From Bacteroidota bacterium (lineage in GTDB: Bacteria; Bacteroidota; Bacteroidia; Palsa-965): a DNA stretch of 64,000 bases. Of the stretch, positions 10,229 to 20,186 are shown in pieces (the first letter of the stretch is position 1; every line of letters begins with the position of its first letter). The notes under the pieces are model-generated. The model was given only the letters and a program-made list of their open reading frames with translations, did not search any database and was not told where the DNA came from. The DNA is taken from positions 29 to 64,028 of the forward strand of contig PLYR01000050.1 in assembly GCA_003153435.1 (NCBI GenBank). Direction: 5' to 3'. The position numbers and the translations under genes were made by a program.

Positions 10229-11125
10229 TTATCCTTTTACAATAGAGGCCCTGATTTCGTCAATCTTGGCAGTAAGCTTGGTCAGTTCCTCTTTGCTGAT
10301 CTGAATCTTGTTGTAATCAATATCGTCCGGGGTATTCGCGAGAGCTTTGATTTCTGCAAAATCCTTGTATACATCACAGATTGAAGTGATGTTTCCAATC
10401 ACAGCAGTAATTCCAGCATCTTTCTTCTCACTTGCTTTCAGTGCTTTCACAATATTTCCGGCAATGGCCATCTGTTCTACTAGGCGCATAGCCACATTCT
10501 TTTCCTTGCCCTTTTCATATACCTTTCCTCCAATGTACATACTTTCAATCCAGGCTCCTGCAAAAACTGTTGCAGAAATATATTCTTGTTCATGTTCTTC
10601 TAGGATCATGTCTGTTTGCATCTGCATCTCTGCGATGATCCCTCCAAGGGAGTCTTCATTACTTAGGTTTTTTTCGAAACGATTTGCAAGGTTGTCGGTT
10701 TCAAATACTTTTTCAAGACCGAGTTGAGAAGCCAGGTCGCGGGAAGCCTTCATATAATTCTTGGAATCCTGTCCCTGCTTATTGAGTGCGCAGTAACTGA
10801 GATCGGCACTGTAAATACCCAGATTCAATGCCTGGCTGATCTTTCCGGAACTGTATTTCGAAGCATTCTCAGGTTGATTACAAATATTCGGAAAATAGCT
10901 TAGTCCTGCTTTTTTAAATATAGAAGCAATCTGAAGCGGGGAGGGCAGAGTAAATGTAGTTGGCTCTTCTTTTTGCACAACGGTCTTTGAATTGGCCGAA
11001 GTATCCTTGGCTTGAGAAGTAGTTTCCTGATCGGTGCTAGAGCTTGATCCGCAGGAGAAAAAGGAAAGGCAAACAACCGCTGCGAGGAGACTGTTCAAAT
11101 GTGAAGCAACCTTATTCAAATACAT
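10229..11125 (-). CDS. hypothetical lipoprotein (paralog of 20187..21044)
   Basis: Signal peptide plus lipobox LSFFSCGSS. Shares blocks LGIYSADLSY / AGAWIESMYI / EELTKLTAKIDEIRASI with the protein at 20187..21044 (LGVYGADLTY / CGGWIESLYL / EVQKISAEVKELRTRIT). Confidence 0.55.
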   Translation of the reverse strand: MYLNKVASHLNSLLAAVVCLSFFSCGSSSSTDQETTSQAKDTSANSKTVVQKEEPTTFTLPSPLQIASIFKKAGLSYFPNICNQPENASKYSSGKISQALNLGIYSADLSYCALNKQGQDSKNYMKASRDLASQLGLEKVFETDNLANRFEKNLSNEDSLGGIIAEMQMQTDMILEEHEQEYISATVFAGAWIESMYIGGKVYEKGKEKNVAMRLVEQMAIAGNIVKALKASEKKDAGITAVIGNITSICDVYKDFAEIKALANTPDDIDYNKIQISKEELTKLTAKIDEIRASIVKG

Positions 11126-11323
11126 ATGTTTGTCTTGTTTAATGGTTAATTTATCAGAAATTCTGCAGATGATTTTCGGCTAAGCTATAACTTTTTTTTG
11201 AATGACATACTCGGGAAGAAAGATTTTGACAGATTGAATAGAGATTCTCAGCCTGTCATTACTTAAGCTTTGATGCATTAAACGCAAAATAAGTCTTTTG
11301 TTTTCGTAATAGAAAAGTTTAAC

Positions 11324-11331
11324 TAAATTTG
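11324..11331 (+). promoter_or_regulatory. Bacteroidota-type -7 promoter box (TAAATTTG) upstream of the parvulin gene
   Basis: Matches the TAnnTTTG consensus 27 nt upstream of ATG 11358, with a TTG about 21 nt further upstream. Confidence 0.3.
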
Positions 11332-11357
11332 CTTCCCTTAAAACAATTATAATACAT

Positions 11358-13556
11358 ATGAAACACACCATTTTTAGTACTGCACTGGTAGCAGCAGCCT
11401 TTATCAGTGCCTCTTTGGCTTTCGCTCAGGGTATGGACAAAAATGCGGGTAACGGGAAAAAGGATGCTTCCCAGCATAACGCAGCGTCTGAGAAAAAGAA
11501 TTTAACCGACGGAACCTCCAGCGGAACAGATGATCCGATCCTTATGTCTATTGGGAACACCAATGTAACCCTTTCTGAATTTGAAAGCGTGTATACCAAG
11601 AATCGGGTGAAGGATGAGTCATCCAAAGATCCTAAGGCTCTTGACAACTATGTTGAACTTTTTGTGACCTTTAAAATGAAAGTGAAAGAGGCCGAAGAAA
11701 TGGGTCTTGATACTTCCGCTTCATTCAGGAATGAACTTAGTGGATACCGTAAACAGCTTTCCGCCCCTTATCTTACAGATAAAGATGTTAATGATCAGCT
11801 TCTCAACGAAGCTTATGAGCGGATGAAATGGGATGTGCATGCAAAGCATATCCTAATCCGACTCGATGAAAATGCCTTACCTAAAGATACAATTGAGGCA
11901 TATGAAAGGGCTATGATTGTTAGAAATCTCCTGATAGGGAAGCAGGTTTCACCCTCCATGCTTTCAGAATATGAGGCCATGGTGAGAAAACACATGGATG
12001 CAAAAAACCCAACCTCAAAGGATGGTGAAGAGGAAAAACGGATTGCTGCTATTAAAAACCTCGCAAAGACAATTGCTGGAGTTAAGGGTGAAGAAAAATT
12101 TGCAGTGTCTGCAAAAGCTGTATCGGACGACCCTTCTGCAAAAGACAATGGTGGCGACCTAGGATACTTTTCCTCCATGCAGATGGTTTATCCATTCGAA
12201 TGTGCGGCTTACAACACCAAGCCAGGAGAGATTTCCATGCCAGTCCGTACGAAATTTGGATATCATTTGGTAAAAGTTGAAGACAAACGCCCAGCCAGAG
12301 GAGAAATTCAAGTGGCTCATATCATGATCAATGCCAAAGCTGGATTACCAGCACAGGATTCGATCAACGCAAAAAATAAGATTGATGAAATTTATGCCAA
12401 GCTGGAAAAAGGTGAAAAATTCGAAGATCTTGCAAGTTCTTTCTCCGATGATAAGCAGTCGGCCCGAAAAGGTGGAGAACTGCCTTGGTTCGGAAGCTAC
12501 AAAATGCCGATTGAGTTCGAAACAGCTTCTTTCGCCCTTCAAAATAATGGAGATGTATCCATGCCAATAAAATCCCGTTTCGGCTGGCACATCATTAAAC
12601 GATTAGACCGCCGTGGAGTACCGAAATTTGATGATATCAAAAATGAACTAAAATCAAAAATTTCTAAAGACAGCCGCTCCAATAAGGGACGTGAATCGCT
12701 GATCGCGAAATTGAAGGTTGAGTATAAATTTAAAGAAACGCCCAAGTTAAAGGAAGAGTTTTTAACGGTAATGGATTCCACTTACCTTCAGGGTAAATGG
12801 AGTGCTTCCAGGGCTTCCAAACTGACCAAGACAATGTTTGTTCTCGCCAATCATAATTATACACAAGCAGACTTTGCCAAATATCTTGAAAGCCACATGA
12901 CCCGTAGGCCTAAAATTGAGCTTGCTGTGATCCTGAATGATAATTATAAGACCTGGGTCGATGAATCCATCATAAATTTCGAAGAAACTCAGCTGGATCA
13001 TAAATTCCCGGAGTTCAAAGCCCTCATGCAGGAATACCGAGATGGGATTCTGCTTTTCGATCTTATGGACAGAAAGGTTTGGTCAAAGGCTGTAAAAGAT
13101 ACTGTTGGACTGAAAGAATTTTACGAAAAAAATAAGAACAATTATATGTATGAGCAGCGCTCCGATGCTTCTGTTTTTTCTGCAGCCGATGCTAAGATTG
13201 CTGAAGAAGCCAGGAAAATGATCGAAAAAGGGAAAACAGATAAAGAGATTCTGGAAAAACTGAACAAAGAGTCTCAACTCAACCTCACTATCGATTCCAA
13301 AATTTTCAATAAAGGAGAGAACTCACAGGTTGATGCAAACTGGGCTCCTGGGTTATCACCAGTGAAGGAAGCGGAAAAGAAATTCGTATTTGTTCGGGTG
13401 AATAAAATTCTTCCACCAAGCCCTAAGACTCTTGCTGAAGCAAGAGGAGCAGCAACTTCAGACTATCAGAACTACCTTGAAAAGAGTTGGATTGAATCTC
13501 TCAAAAAGAAATACCCTGTAAACATTCACAGTGATGTGCTGGCAAAAGTCAAGTAA
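11358..13556 (+). CDS. periplasmic peptidyl-prolyl cis-trans isomerase, parvulin/SurA-like with two PPIase domains
   Basis: Signal peptide; two parvulin signatures (KFGYHLVKVEDKR, RFGWHIIKRLDRR). Confidence 0.8.
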   Translation: MKHTIFSTALVAAAFISASLAFAQGMDKNAGNGKKDASQHNAASEKKNLTDGTSSGTDDPILMSIGNTNVTLSEFESVYTKNRVKDESSKDPKALDNYVELFVTFKMKVKEAEEMGLDTSASFRNELSGYRKQLSAPYLTDKDVNDQLLNEAYERMKWDVHAKHILIRLDENALPKDTIEAYERAMIVRNLLIGKQVSPSMLSEYEAMVRKHMDAKNPTSKDGEEEKRIAAIKNLAKTIAGVKGEEKFAVSAKAVSDDPSAKDNGGDLGYFSSMQMVYPFECAAYNTKPGEISMPVRTKFGYHLVKVEDKRPARGEIQVAHIMINAKAGLPAQDSINAKNKIDEIYAKLEKGEKFEDLASSFSDDKQSARKGGELPWFGSYKMPIEFETASFALQNNGDVSMPIKSRFGWHIIKRLDRRGVPKFDDIKNELKSKISKDSRSNKGRESLIAKLKVEYKFKETPKLKEEFLTVMDSTYLQGKWSASRASKLTKTMFVLANHNYTQADFAKYLESHMTRRPKIELAVILNDNYKTWVDESIINFEETQLDHKFPEFKALMQEYRDGILLFDLMDRKVWSKAVKDTVGLKEFYEKNKNNYMYEQRSDASVFSAADAKIAEEARKMIEKGKTDKEILEKLNKESQLNLTIDSKIFNKGENSQVDANWAPGLSPVKEAEKKFVFVRVNKILPPSPKTLAEARGAATSDYQNYLEKSWIESLKKKYPVNIHSDVLAKVK

Positions 13557-13589
13557 TTAGCTATACGTATTCTACAACATAAGGAGAGC

Positions 13590-14492
13590 ATGAAGGACGA
13601 AAGGAGTCAATTTAGAGGACATTTTCGTTTCTCATGCTTTCTTGCTTTTATAACATTCACGGCCAGCCTTATTTTGCTCGCATCCTGCGGGCATTCGATT
13701 GGGAAAGAGGATAAAGGCCGTAAGCCCGTAGCAAGGGTTTACAATAAATATCTGTTTGAAGATGAACTTTTGGGGATTGTCTCTCCCGGAACTACTGCAG
13801 AGGATAGCTGTAAAATAATCGGAAATTTCATCACAAACTGGACCAAGGAGGCGCTTATCCTGAATAAGGCGGAGGCCAATCTTACCGATGAACAGAAGAA
13901 TGTTGAGAAAGCTTTAGAGGCTTACCGCCAGTCTCTTCTTCTCTATGCTTATGAAAAAGAACTTGTCAGGCAGAAGCTTGATACCGTTGTTACTGATGAG
14001 GAGATGGAGGAGTACTATAAAAGTAATCAGAATAACTTTCAGCTCAAAGACAATATCATCAAAGTGATCTATGTGAAGGTTAAGAAAAAAGCACCCCAAC
14101 TTGCGAAGCTCCGTAATCTATACCGATCTGACCAACCCAAAGACATCGAAGCATTAAAAAGTTATTGTCACGAGTTTGCAGAAAATTTTTATCTGGATGA
14201 TAATTCCTGGCTGCTCTTTGATGATCTCCTGAAGGAAATCCCAATTGAAACCTATAACAAAGAGCTTTTTCTCCGAAACAACAGGTTTGTGGAAGTGACT
14301 GATTCTCTCCATTATTATTTTTTAAATATAAAAGGCTTTAAAATAAAGAACAGTATGTCTCCGTTGTCTTTTGAACGGGAAAACATCCGGAACATTATTA
14401 TTAATAAACGGAAACTAATGCTCATAACTGCAATGAAAGAGGACGTATACCGGGATGCAAAGGAGAAGAAGGATGTTGAGCTTTATAAGTAA
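13590..14492 (+). CDS. hypothetical lipoprotein, SurA-N-terminal-like chaperone domain suspected
   Basis: Signal peptide plus lipobox LLASCGHS; sits inside the chaperone cluster. No PPIase motif seen. Confidence 0.45.
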   Translation: MKDERSQFRGHFRFSCFLAFITFTASLILLASCGHSIGKEDKGRKPVARVYNKYLFEDELLGIVSPGTTAEDSCKIIGNFITNWTKEALILNKAEANLTDEQKNVEKALEAYRQSLLLYAYEKELVRQKLDTVVTDEEMEEYYKSNQNNFQLKDNIIKVIYVKVKKKAPQLAKLRNLYRSDQPKDIEALKSYCHEFAENFYLDDNSWLLFDDLLKEIPIETYNKELFLRNNRFVEVTDSLHYYFLNIKGFKIKNSMSPLSFERENIRNIIINKRKLMLITAMKEDVYRDAKEKKDVELYK

Positions 14493-14530
14493 AATCCCTG
14501 TTGTCATAGCGAAATTACTATCTTTACCAC

Positions 14531-15895
14531 ATGAAATTAGTTAAACAAATCCTTGTTTTTGCCATCCTCGTTTTTTCCTTCAAATCCTATTCTCAACAGG
14601 TCATTGACCGGGTTGTATCTGTAGTTGGAGGAAATATTGTTTTGGAATCGGAAATCGACGCCCAGTACAATCAATATCTGGGTATGGGATATAAAGCTGG
14701 GCAAGCCACCCGCTGCACCATCTTGGAAGATATTATGTATCAGAAACTCCTGATTGCTCAGGCAGCGCATGACTCGCTGAAGGTAACCGAATCACAGGTT
14801 GACCAAGAAATTGAAAGAAAAATGCAGTATTATATCAAGCAATTTGGTTCAGTTGAAAAATTTGAAGCCTACAATGGAAAATCTGTTGAGGCATTTAAGG
14901 CGGATATCCGGGAAAAGCAGAAAGAATATCTCCTCTCCCAGCAAATGCAGGGAAAGATTACTGGAGAGTTGACTGTATCTCCGACTGAAGTTTATTCTTA
15001 TTTCAATGGACTGAATGCTGATAGTGTTCCTTACATCAACTCGGAAATCGAGATCGGACAGATTATCCGCAAGCCTGAGGTTAATCAGGAATTGAAACAA
15101 TATGCCAGGCAAAAGATTGAAGATGTCAGAAAAAAGGTAGTTTCAGGAGAAATGAGTTTTTGTGCAGCGGCCGGTTCTTACTCAGATGATCCTGGATCTA
15201 AGATGACCTGCGGTTTATACAAAGCAATCCAGCGAGGACAATTTGTGCCCGAATTTGAAGCAGTCGCATTTCACCTGAAACCGAACGAAATATCCGATGT
15301 GTTTGAAACTGAATATGGATATCATTTCGTCCAGCTTATCGAACGTCGAGGAGATGAGATCGATGTAAGACACATTCTGGTTGCAGTTCCGAATGCACCT
15401 GCGGATCTTCTTAAATCAAAAGCCACACTCGACAGCGTAAGAAAATTGATTATTGTGGATAGCATTAAGTTCTGTGAAGCGGCAGCAAAATATTCTCAGG
15501 ATAAAGACACAAAAAACGCTTGTGGTCTTATGGTAAATCCACAGAGTGGAACTACCCTCTTTGAAATGGATATGCTGGGCCAGATTGATCCTGCACTGGT
15601 CTTTACAATTGATAATTTAAAGCCAGGGGATATCTCCGAGCCAGTACTTATGCAGGGGAGGGATTCTAAGCAGGCTTACCGCATTATTTACCTTAAGCGG
15701 CGGACGGCCCCCCACAAAGCCAACCTGAAAGAGGATTTTCCAAAGATTCAGGAAGCGGCACTTGCCCAGAAACAACAAAAGGTAATCAGGGAATGGGTGA
15801 ACAGAAAGCTTACCACGACTTATGTTAGTATTGTGGATGATTATATGAGCTGCAAGTTTGAAAATAACTGGTCTAAAGCGGCAACGAAAAAGTAA
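14531..15895 (+). CDS. surA: SurA-like periplasmic chaperone / parvulin PPIase
   Basis: Signal peptide, SurA-N-like region and parvulin motif ETEYGYHFVQLIERRG. Confidence 0.8.
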   Translation: MKLVKQILVFAILVFSFKSYSQQVIDRVVSVVGGNIVLESEIDAQYNQYLGMGYKAGQATRCTILEDIMYQKLLIAQAAHDSLKVTESQVDQEIERKMQYYIKQFGSVEKFEAYNGKSVEAFKADIREKQKEYLLSQQMQGKITGELTVSPTEVYSYFNGLNADSVPYINSEIEIGQIIRKPEVNQELKQYARQKIEDVRKKVVSGEMSFCAAAGSYSDDPGSKMTCGLYKAIQRGQFVPEFEAVAFHLKPNEISDVFETEYGYHFVQLIERRGDEIDVRHILVAVPNAPADLLKSKATLDSVRKLIIVDSIKFCEAAAKYSQDKDTKNACGLMVNPQSGTTLFEMDMLGQIDPALVFTIDNLKPGDISEPVLMQGRDSKQAYRIIYLKRRTAPHKANLKEDFPKIQEAALAQKQQKVIREWVNRKLTTTYVSIVDDYMSCKFENNWSKAATKK

Positions 15896-15906
15896 AATAA
15901 TCTCCC

Positions 15907-16872
15907 ATGAAGTATAAAAACGACGTTGAAGCCCTTGATGCTTTTGTTGTGAAATACAAGGACCTCCGTAACGAAATTAAAAAAGTAATTATCGGACAGG
16001 ATGAGGTCGTTAAAGACGTGCTTATTTCTATTTTCAGTCGTGGCCATTGTCTTCTTGTGGGGGTTCCTGGTTTGGCTAAAACGCTGCTCGTGAATACGAT
16101 CTCCGATGCGCTTGGATTAAGCTACTCCCGCATACAGTTTACTCCCGACCTTATGCCATCCGATATTATTGGAACTGAGATTTTGGATGAGAGCAGGCAG
16201 TTTAAATTCATCAAGGGACCTTTGTTTGCCAATATCATCCTCGCTGATGAGATTAACCGTACTCCTCCCAAAACACAGGCTGCATTGCTTGAAGCCATGC
16301 AAGAAAGAGCAGTTACGGCAGCTGGTGTCCGCTATGAGCTTGCCAAACCGTTTTTTGTACTCGCAACTCAAAATCCGATAGAGCAGGAGGGGACCTACCC
16401 ATTGCCTGAAGCTCAATTAGATCGTTTTATGTTCAATGTCTGGCTGGATTACCCAAGCTATGAAGATGAACTTACGGTTGTAAAAAACACAACATCCAAC
16501 TACTCCACCAAGCTAAATAAGATTCTCGACGCGGAAGAAATTACACTTTTTCAAGACCTAGTTCGGAGGATCCCGATAGCCGATAATGTTCTGGAGTATG
16601 CGGTAAAACTTGCAAGTAAAACCAGGCCTAACACCTCTCATGCTACTCCGGATGTAAATAAATTCCTTTCTTGGGGTGCTGGTCCGCGAGCTTCCCAGTT
16701 CCTAGTTCTTGGAGCTAAGTGCAACGCCGCAATTCATGGTAAATATTCACCTGATATTGAGGATGTGAAAGCAGTGGCCCCTGCCATCCTGCGCCACCGT
16801 ATCGTAAGGAATTACAAAGCCGAAGCAGAAGGTGTGAGTGTCGACGGTATTGTGAAAGAGTTAATGATCTGA
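15907..16872 (+). CDS. MoxR-family AAA+ ATPase
   Basis: Walker A GVPGLAKT, Walker B ILADEINR and the typical MoxR length of 321 aa. Confidence 0.9.
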   Translation: MKYKNDVEALDAFVVKYKDLRNEIKKVIIGQDEVVKDVLISIFSRGHCLLVGVPGLAKTLLVNTISDALGLSYSRIQFTPDLMPSDIIGTEILDESRQFKFIKGPLFANIILADEINRTPPKTQAALLEAMQERAVTAAGVRYELAKPFFVLATQNPIEQEGTYPLPEAQLDRFMFNVWLDYPSYEDELTVVKNTTSNYSTKLNKILDAEEITLFQDLVRRIPIADNVLEYAVKLASKTRPNTSHATPDVNKFLSWGAGPRASQFLVLGAKCNAAIHGKYSPDIEDVKAVAPAILRHRIVRNYKAEAEGVSVDGIVKELMI

Positions 16873-16895
16873 AAACTGAATAAATCTTTTAGAAC

Positions 16896-17537
16896 GTGAA
16901 AAATATTTCGCTCGTAATTAATGGCATTCTTATTCTTGCAGTCATCGGACTGTATTATCTTCATTTTGCCGCTCCTTCGATGCCTGTTTCAGCTAAGGCT
17001 GGCTCTTTGAAAAAGGATAGCATTACTGGACCACCAGTAAAGCCTTCGGAATTGAAAGCTTCGGATATCGTATATGTAAATCTGGACACGCTTAACGCAC
17101 ATTTCGAAATGATTGTGGAAAATTCCAAGATTATCAACGGAAAGCAAAGTTCATTGGAGTCGGATTACAGAAGACTGAACGAAAAGTTCCAGAACGATTA
17201 CGAGGGTGCCCAGAAAGAAGCACAATCAGGCATGCTCTCAGCAGCAGCTCAGGAAGAAGTTAAAAATAAACTGACGATTGAACAAAATGAATTGGCTCAG
17301 AAGCAGGATCAACTTCGTGCAATTGAAGTAGAAGCCTCAAAGAAACAGGCCGAAGTGATGAAAAAATTGAACGAATACCTGATACGTTATAATGCCTCCG
17401 GGCACTACCGCTTCATCTTGCCTTACTCAGGAACAACTATTTCTCCTGTTCTGTTTGGACGCAGTGATCTGGATATTACCCCGGATGTATTGAAAGGGCT
17501 AAATGATGAGTACAGAGCTTCAAAATCCAGGAAATAA
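16896..17537 (+). CDS. OmpH/Skp-like periplasmic chaperone
   Basis: N-terminal membrane anchor or signal, a long coiled-coil middle, and C-terminal ...YRFILPYSG...VLFG...DIT typical of the Skp/OmpH family. Confidence 0.55.
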   Translation: MKNISLVINGILILAVIGLYYLHFAAPSMPVSAKAGSLKKDSITGPPVKPSELKASDIVYVNLDTLNAHFEMIVENSKIINGKQSSLESDYRRLNEKFQNDYEGAQKEAQSGMLSAAAQEEVKNKLTIEQNELAQKQDQLRAIEVEASKKQAEVMKKLNEYLIRYNASGHYRFILPYSGTTISPVLFGRSDLDITPDVLKGLNDEYRASKSRK

Positions 17538-17950
17538 TGGCAAAGACAACAGAACACCCACCTCTATCAGCCAAGATAGATAGCGTCAGGGAATTTCATG
17601 AAGTGTTTGGAATAGGCAGCCTTGACCAACCTGAAGGAACAATTTCTGAGAAAGATTATGTGCTCCGATATAATCTGATGAAAGAAGAGAATGAAGAGTA
17701 CCTCGAAGCCTGTAAAAGGGGAGATCTGGTTGAGATTGCAGATGCGCTTGGTGATAAAATGTACATTCTATTCGGAACTATTCTTAAGCATGGCCTCCAA
17801 CATAAAATTGCCGAAGTCTTTGATGAAATTCATCGTAGTAATATGTCCAAACTTGATGAGAATGGTAAGCCAATATACCGGGAAGACGGAAAAATATTAA
17901 AAAGCAGCAGGTACTTCAGGCCTAATATCCGGTTGGTTCTCGAACAATAA
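17537..17950 (+). CDS. MazG-like nucleoside-triphosphate pyrophosphohydrolase (all-alpha NTP-PPase)
   Basis: 137 aa. EExEEYLEA ... EIADALGDxxY pattern of the MazG/HisE-like family. Start overlaps the previous stop (TAATG). Confidence 0.55.
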   Translation: MAKTTEHPPLSAKIDSVREFHEVFGIGSLDQPEGTISEKDYVLRYNLMKEENEEYLEACKRGDLVEIADALGDKMYILFGTILKHGLQHKIAEVFDEIHRSNMSKLDENGKPIYREDGKILKSSRYFRPNIRLVLEQ

Positions 17951-17988
17951 TCTTAATAGTTTAAGGATTTTTACTTGCCATATCATTG

Positions 17989-18636
17989 CTATCTGGCATA
18001 ATACTCCAAACAAATGGTGGTGAGTTTCCATGCACCGATAGTAAGGATTACCGCTCCAACGAGCCTATTGATCCAGACCAGAAAGCGTGGCTTGATGAAG
18101 CGTTTGATGCGATCGGCCGTGAGCACCTTCAGGACATCTGTCGAGAGTACAATCGCCAGCGTTACACCGAAAAAAGCAAAAATATGACGGCTTGTGAAAT
18201 TTTTGTTCGAACTGACAACGCCAAGCCATGTAATCCAGAGAAGAATGACAACGGGGTTGAGCATATTCAGGAGAAAACCTTTAATAACCATCCAGGCCAG
18301 GTTCGGAGCCTTGATGTCGAGTTCCTTATCCTCGAAGCTGTTCCTTGGCTTTTTCTGAAGCATGATATATATTCCAAAAAGAACGAGAATAATTCCACCA
18401 GCAATTCCAACTGTGGTTTTGTGTGCAGGATCTACCAGATATTGAGAAATTCCCAGATAAGCCAGGAGCACACAGGTTACATCGCTTATAAATATTCCGA
18501 TAGCCAGTGCTATCCCTGATTTTACCCCATGATGAAGACTCGTCTGGATGAGAGCGAAGAACGCCGGTCCTACCCCAAAACAGAGGGCCAGACCAAGGGC
18601 CAGACCCTTATATATTGCTTCAAACATCAGGTTCAT
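17989..18636 (-). CDS. LysE/RhtB-family amino-acid exporter
   Basis: Six TM helices and an N-terminal LysE signature (GLALGLALCFGVGPAFF). Start trimmed to the internal MNLMFEAIY Met, giving an ATGA overlap with the upstream GH3 stop. Confidence 0.75.
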   Translation of the reverse strand: MNLMFEAIYKGLALGLALCFGVGPAFFALIQTSLHHGVKSGIALAIGIFISDVTCVLLAYLGISQYLVDPAHKTTVGIAGGIILVLFGIYIMLQKKPRNSFEDKELDIKAPNLAWMVIKGFLLNMLNPVVILLWITWLGVVSSNKNFTSRHIFAFFGVTLAIVLSTDVLKVLTADRIKRFIKPRFLVWINRLVGAVILTIGAWKLTTICLEYYAR

Positions 18637-20174
18637 ACGGGTCTGCTTTTGTAATCTGTCAGGAAGAGACTCCAATCTTCCAAACGTTTGTTTTTCAGTA
18701 CCCTCGGAAATTTATTCTGTCCCCCTTCTTTGCCCTGTGTTTTCATCCACTCATAAAATACTCGGAGTGGATAGACTTCAACGAAAATTTCTTTTAGAGC
18801 TGCAATCCGTTCAACCCGGTAATCGTCGTTGATGGCCTTCAAATTTTCATCCAGTTTTTTCTTCAAAACGGCAGGATCTATAACACTGTCAGAACCAATG
18901 AACCATTTATGAGCAAAAAGAGTTTCATAGTTGATTCCGGCAACAGCGAATTCTTTGATATCAACATTCATTTCTTCCGCTGTCATCCGGATGGCTCGAT
19001 TCATATTGTCCTGAGACAGATGCTCACCACAAAGACTTAAAAATTGCTTCGTCCTTCCTGTAATTGCTATTTCACAATGCTCAACATCGGTAAATCGAAT
19101 GGTATCTCCGATCAGATAACGCCAGGCCCCAGAACAGGTACTAAGCAAGAGTGCATATTCGGGCCCTTCCTGAACATCTTTTAATGTAAGGGCTAGAGGG
19201 TGAGAAACCATTTCACCTTCTCCATCGAAATTCTCAGCATTGAAAGGAACAAATTCAAAGAAAATGCCAGTATCCAGAGCCAGTTTCATTCCTTCCGCAT
19301 TAGGCCTGGCCTGAAATGCGATAAAGCCTTCAGAAGCCAGGTATGTTTCAAGGTAGCTGATAGGTTTACCAAGGAGCTTTTCAAAACCATTCTTATAAGG
19401 AAGAATGGAAACACCACCATGTACATAGATGCTGAGGTTAGGCCAGATATCGTGAATGGTTTTTACATTGTAATATTTAATAATACGCTCAAAGAGAATC
19501 TGGACCCAGGCAGGAACGCCAGCTACAACTCCTATATCCCAAGATTTGGCATTACGCGTCATCTCATCCAGTTTAGAGTTCCAATCGCGCTCCTTCGAAA
19601 TACGAGTGCCGGGCTTATAGAAATGCTGGAACCAGAAAGGCAGATTTCCTGTAGTAATTCCACTCAGGTCTCCTTCGAAATAGGTTCCATTAAAGTTAAG
19701 GTGAGTGCTCCCTCCAATCATCAACATCCCCTTGCCAAAGAAATTTTCATCCACATCATACTGTGCCAGAGAGAATAATTGTTTGGCACTGGTACGGCGG
19801 ATCGTCTTTATCATCTCCTTGGTTACAGGGATATGTTTGCTAGATGACTCAGAAGTTCCGGAACTTAGAGCAAAGTATTTAACTTCTTCCGGCCAACAAA
19901 CATAAGATTCACCGTTAAGGGAGCGGTACCACCACCTTCTGAACATGGAATTATAATCATGCGTATCCACATTTTTCTGAAACGTGTGAACCAAATCTTT
20001 TTCTCCCAGCATTGCAGAAAACTGGTAATGTTCTCCGAATGCTGTAAATTCAGCCTTGCTGAGTAAACGCCTCAGTGTCCTTTCTTGCAAAGCATACGCA
20101 TTTTTACGCCTGATCCGGGGTAGGTTTTTACGGAGTTTGATAGTCCGTTTAAGTATGGTTCCCAATATCGCCAT
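18633..20174 (-). CDS. GH3-family acyl-adenylate-forming amido synthetase
   Basis: 513 aa with a GH3-family N-terminus (TLRRLLSKAEFTAFGEHYQF) and an adenylating-enzyme core (SSGTSE...). Confidence 0.8.
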   Translation of the reverse strand: MAILGTILKRTIKLRKNLPRIRRKNAYALQERTLRRLLSKAEFTAFGEHYQFSAMLGEKDLVHTFQKNVDTHDYNSMFRRWWYRSLNGESYVCWPEEVKYFALSSGTSESSSKHIPVTKEMIKTIRRTSAKQLFSLAQYDVDENFFGKGMLMIGGSTHLNFNGTYFEGDLSGITTGNLPFWFQHFYKPGTRISKERDWNSKLDEMTRNAKSWDIGVVAGVPAWVQILFERIIKYYNVKTIHDIWPNLSIYVHGGVSILPYKNGFEKLLGKPISYLETYLASEGFIAFQARPNAEGMKLALDTGIFFEFVPFNAENFDGEGEMVSHPLALTLKDVQEGPEYALLLSTCSGAWRYLIGDTIRFTDVEHCEIAITGRTKQFLSLCGEHLSQDNMNRAIRMTAEEMNVDIKEFAVAGINYETLFAHKWFIGSDSVIDPAVLKKKLDENLKAINDDYRVERIAALKEIFVEVYPLRVFYEWMKTQGKEGGQNKFPRVLKNKRLEDWSLFLTDYKSRPV

Positions 20175-20186
20175 ATTGTGTACTCT

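Noticed and set aside
11813-12178. 121-aa minus-strand ORF inside the parvulin gene
   Set aside because: Antisense to a gene with clear PPIase motifs; Ser/Ala/Phe-rich low-complexity translation.
19200-19778. 192-aa plus-strand ORF inside the GH3 gene
   Set aside because: Antisense to a well-supported 513-aa gene; no motifs.
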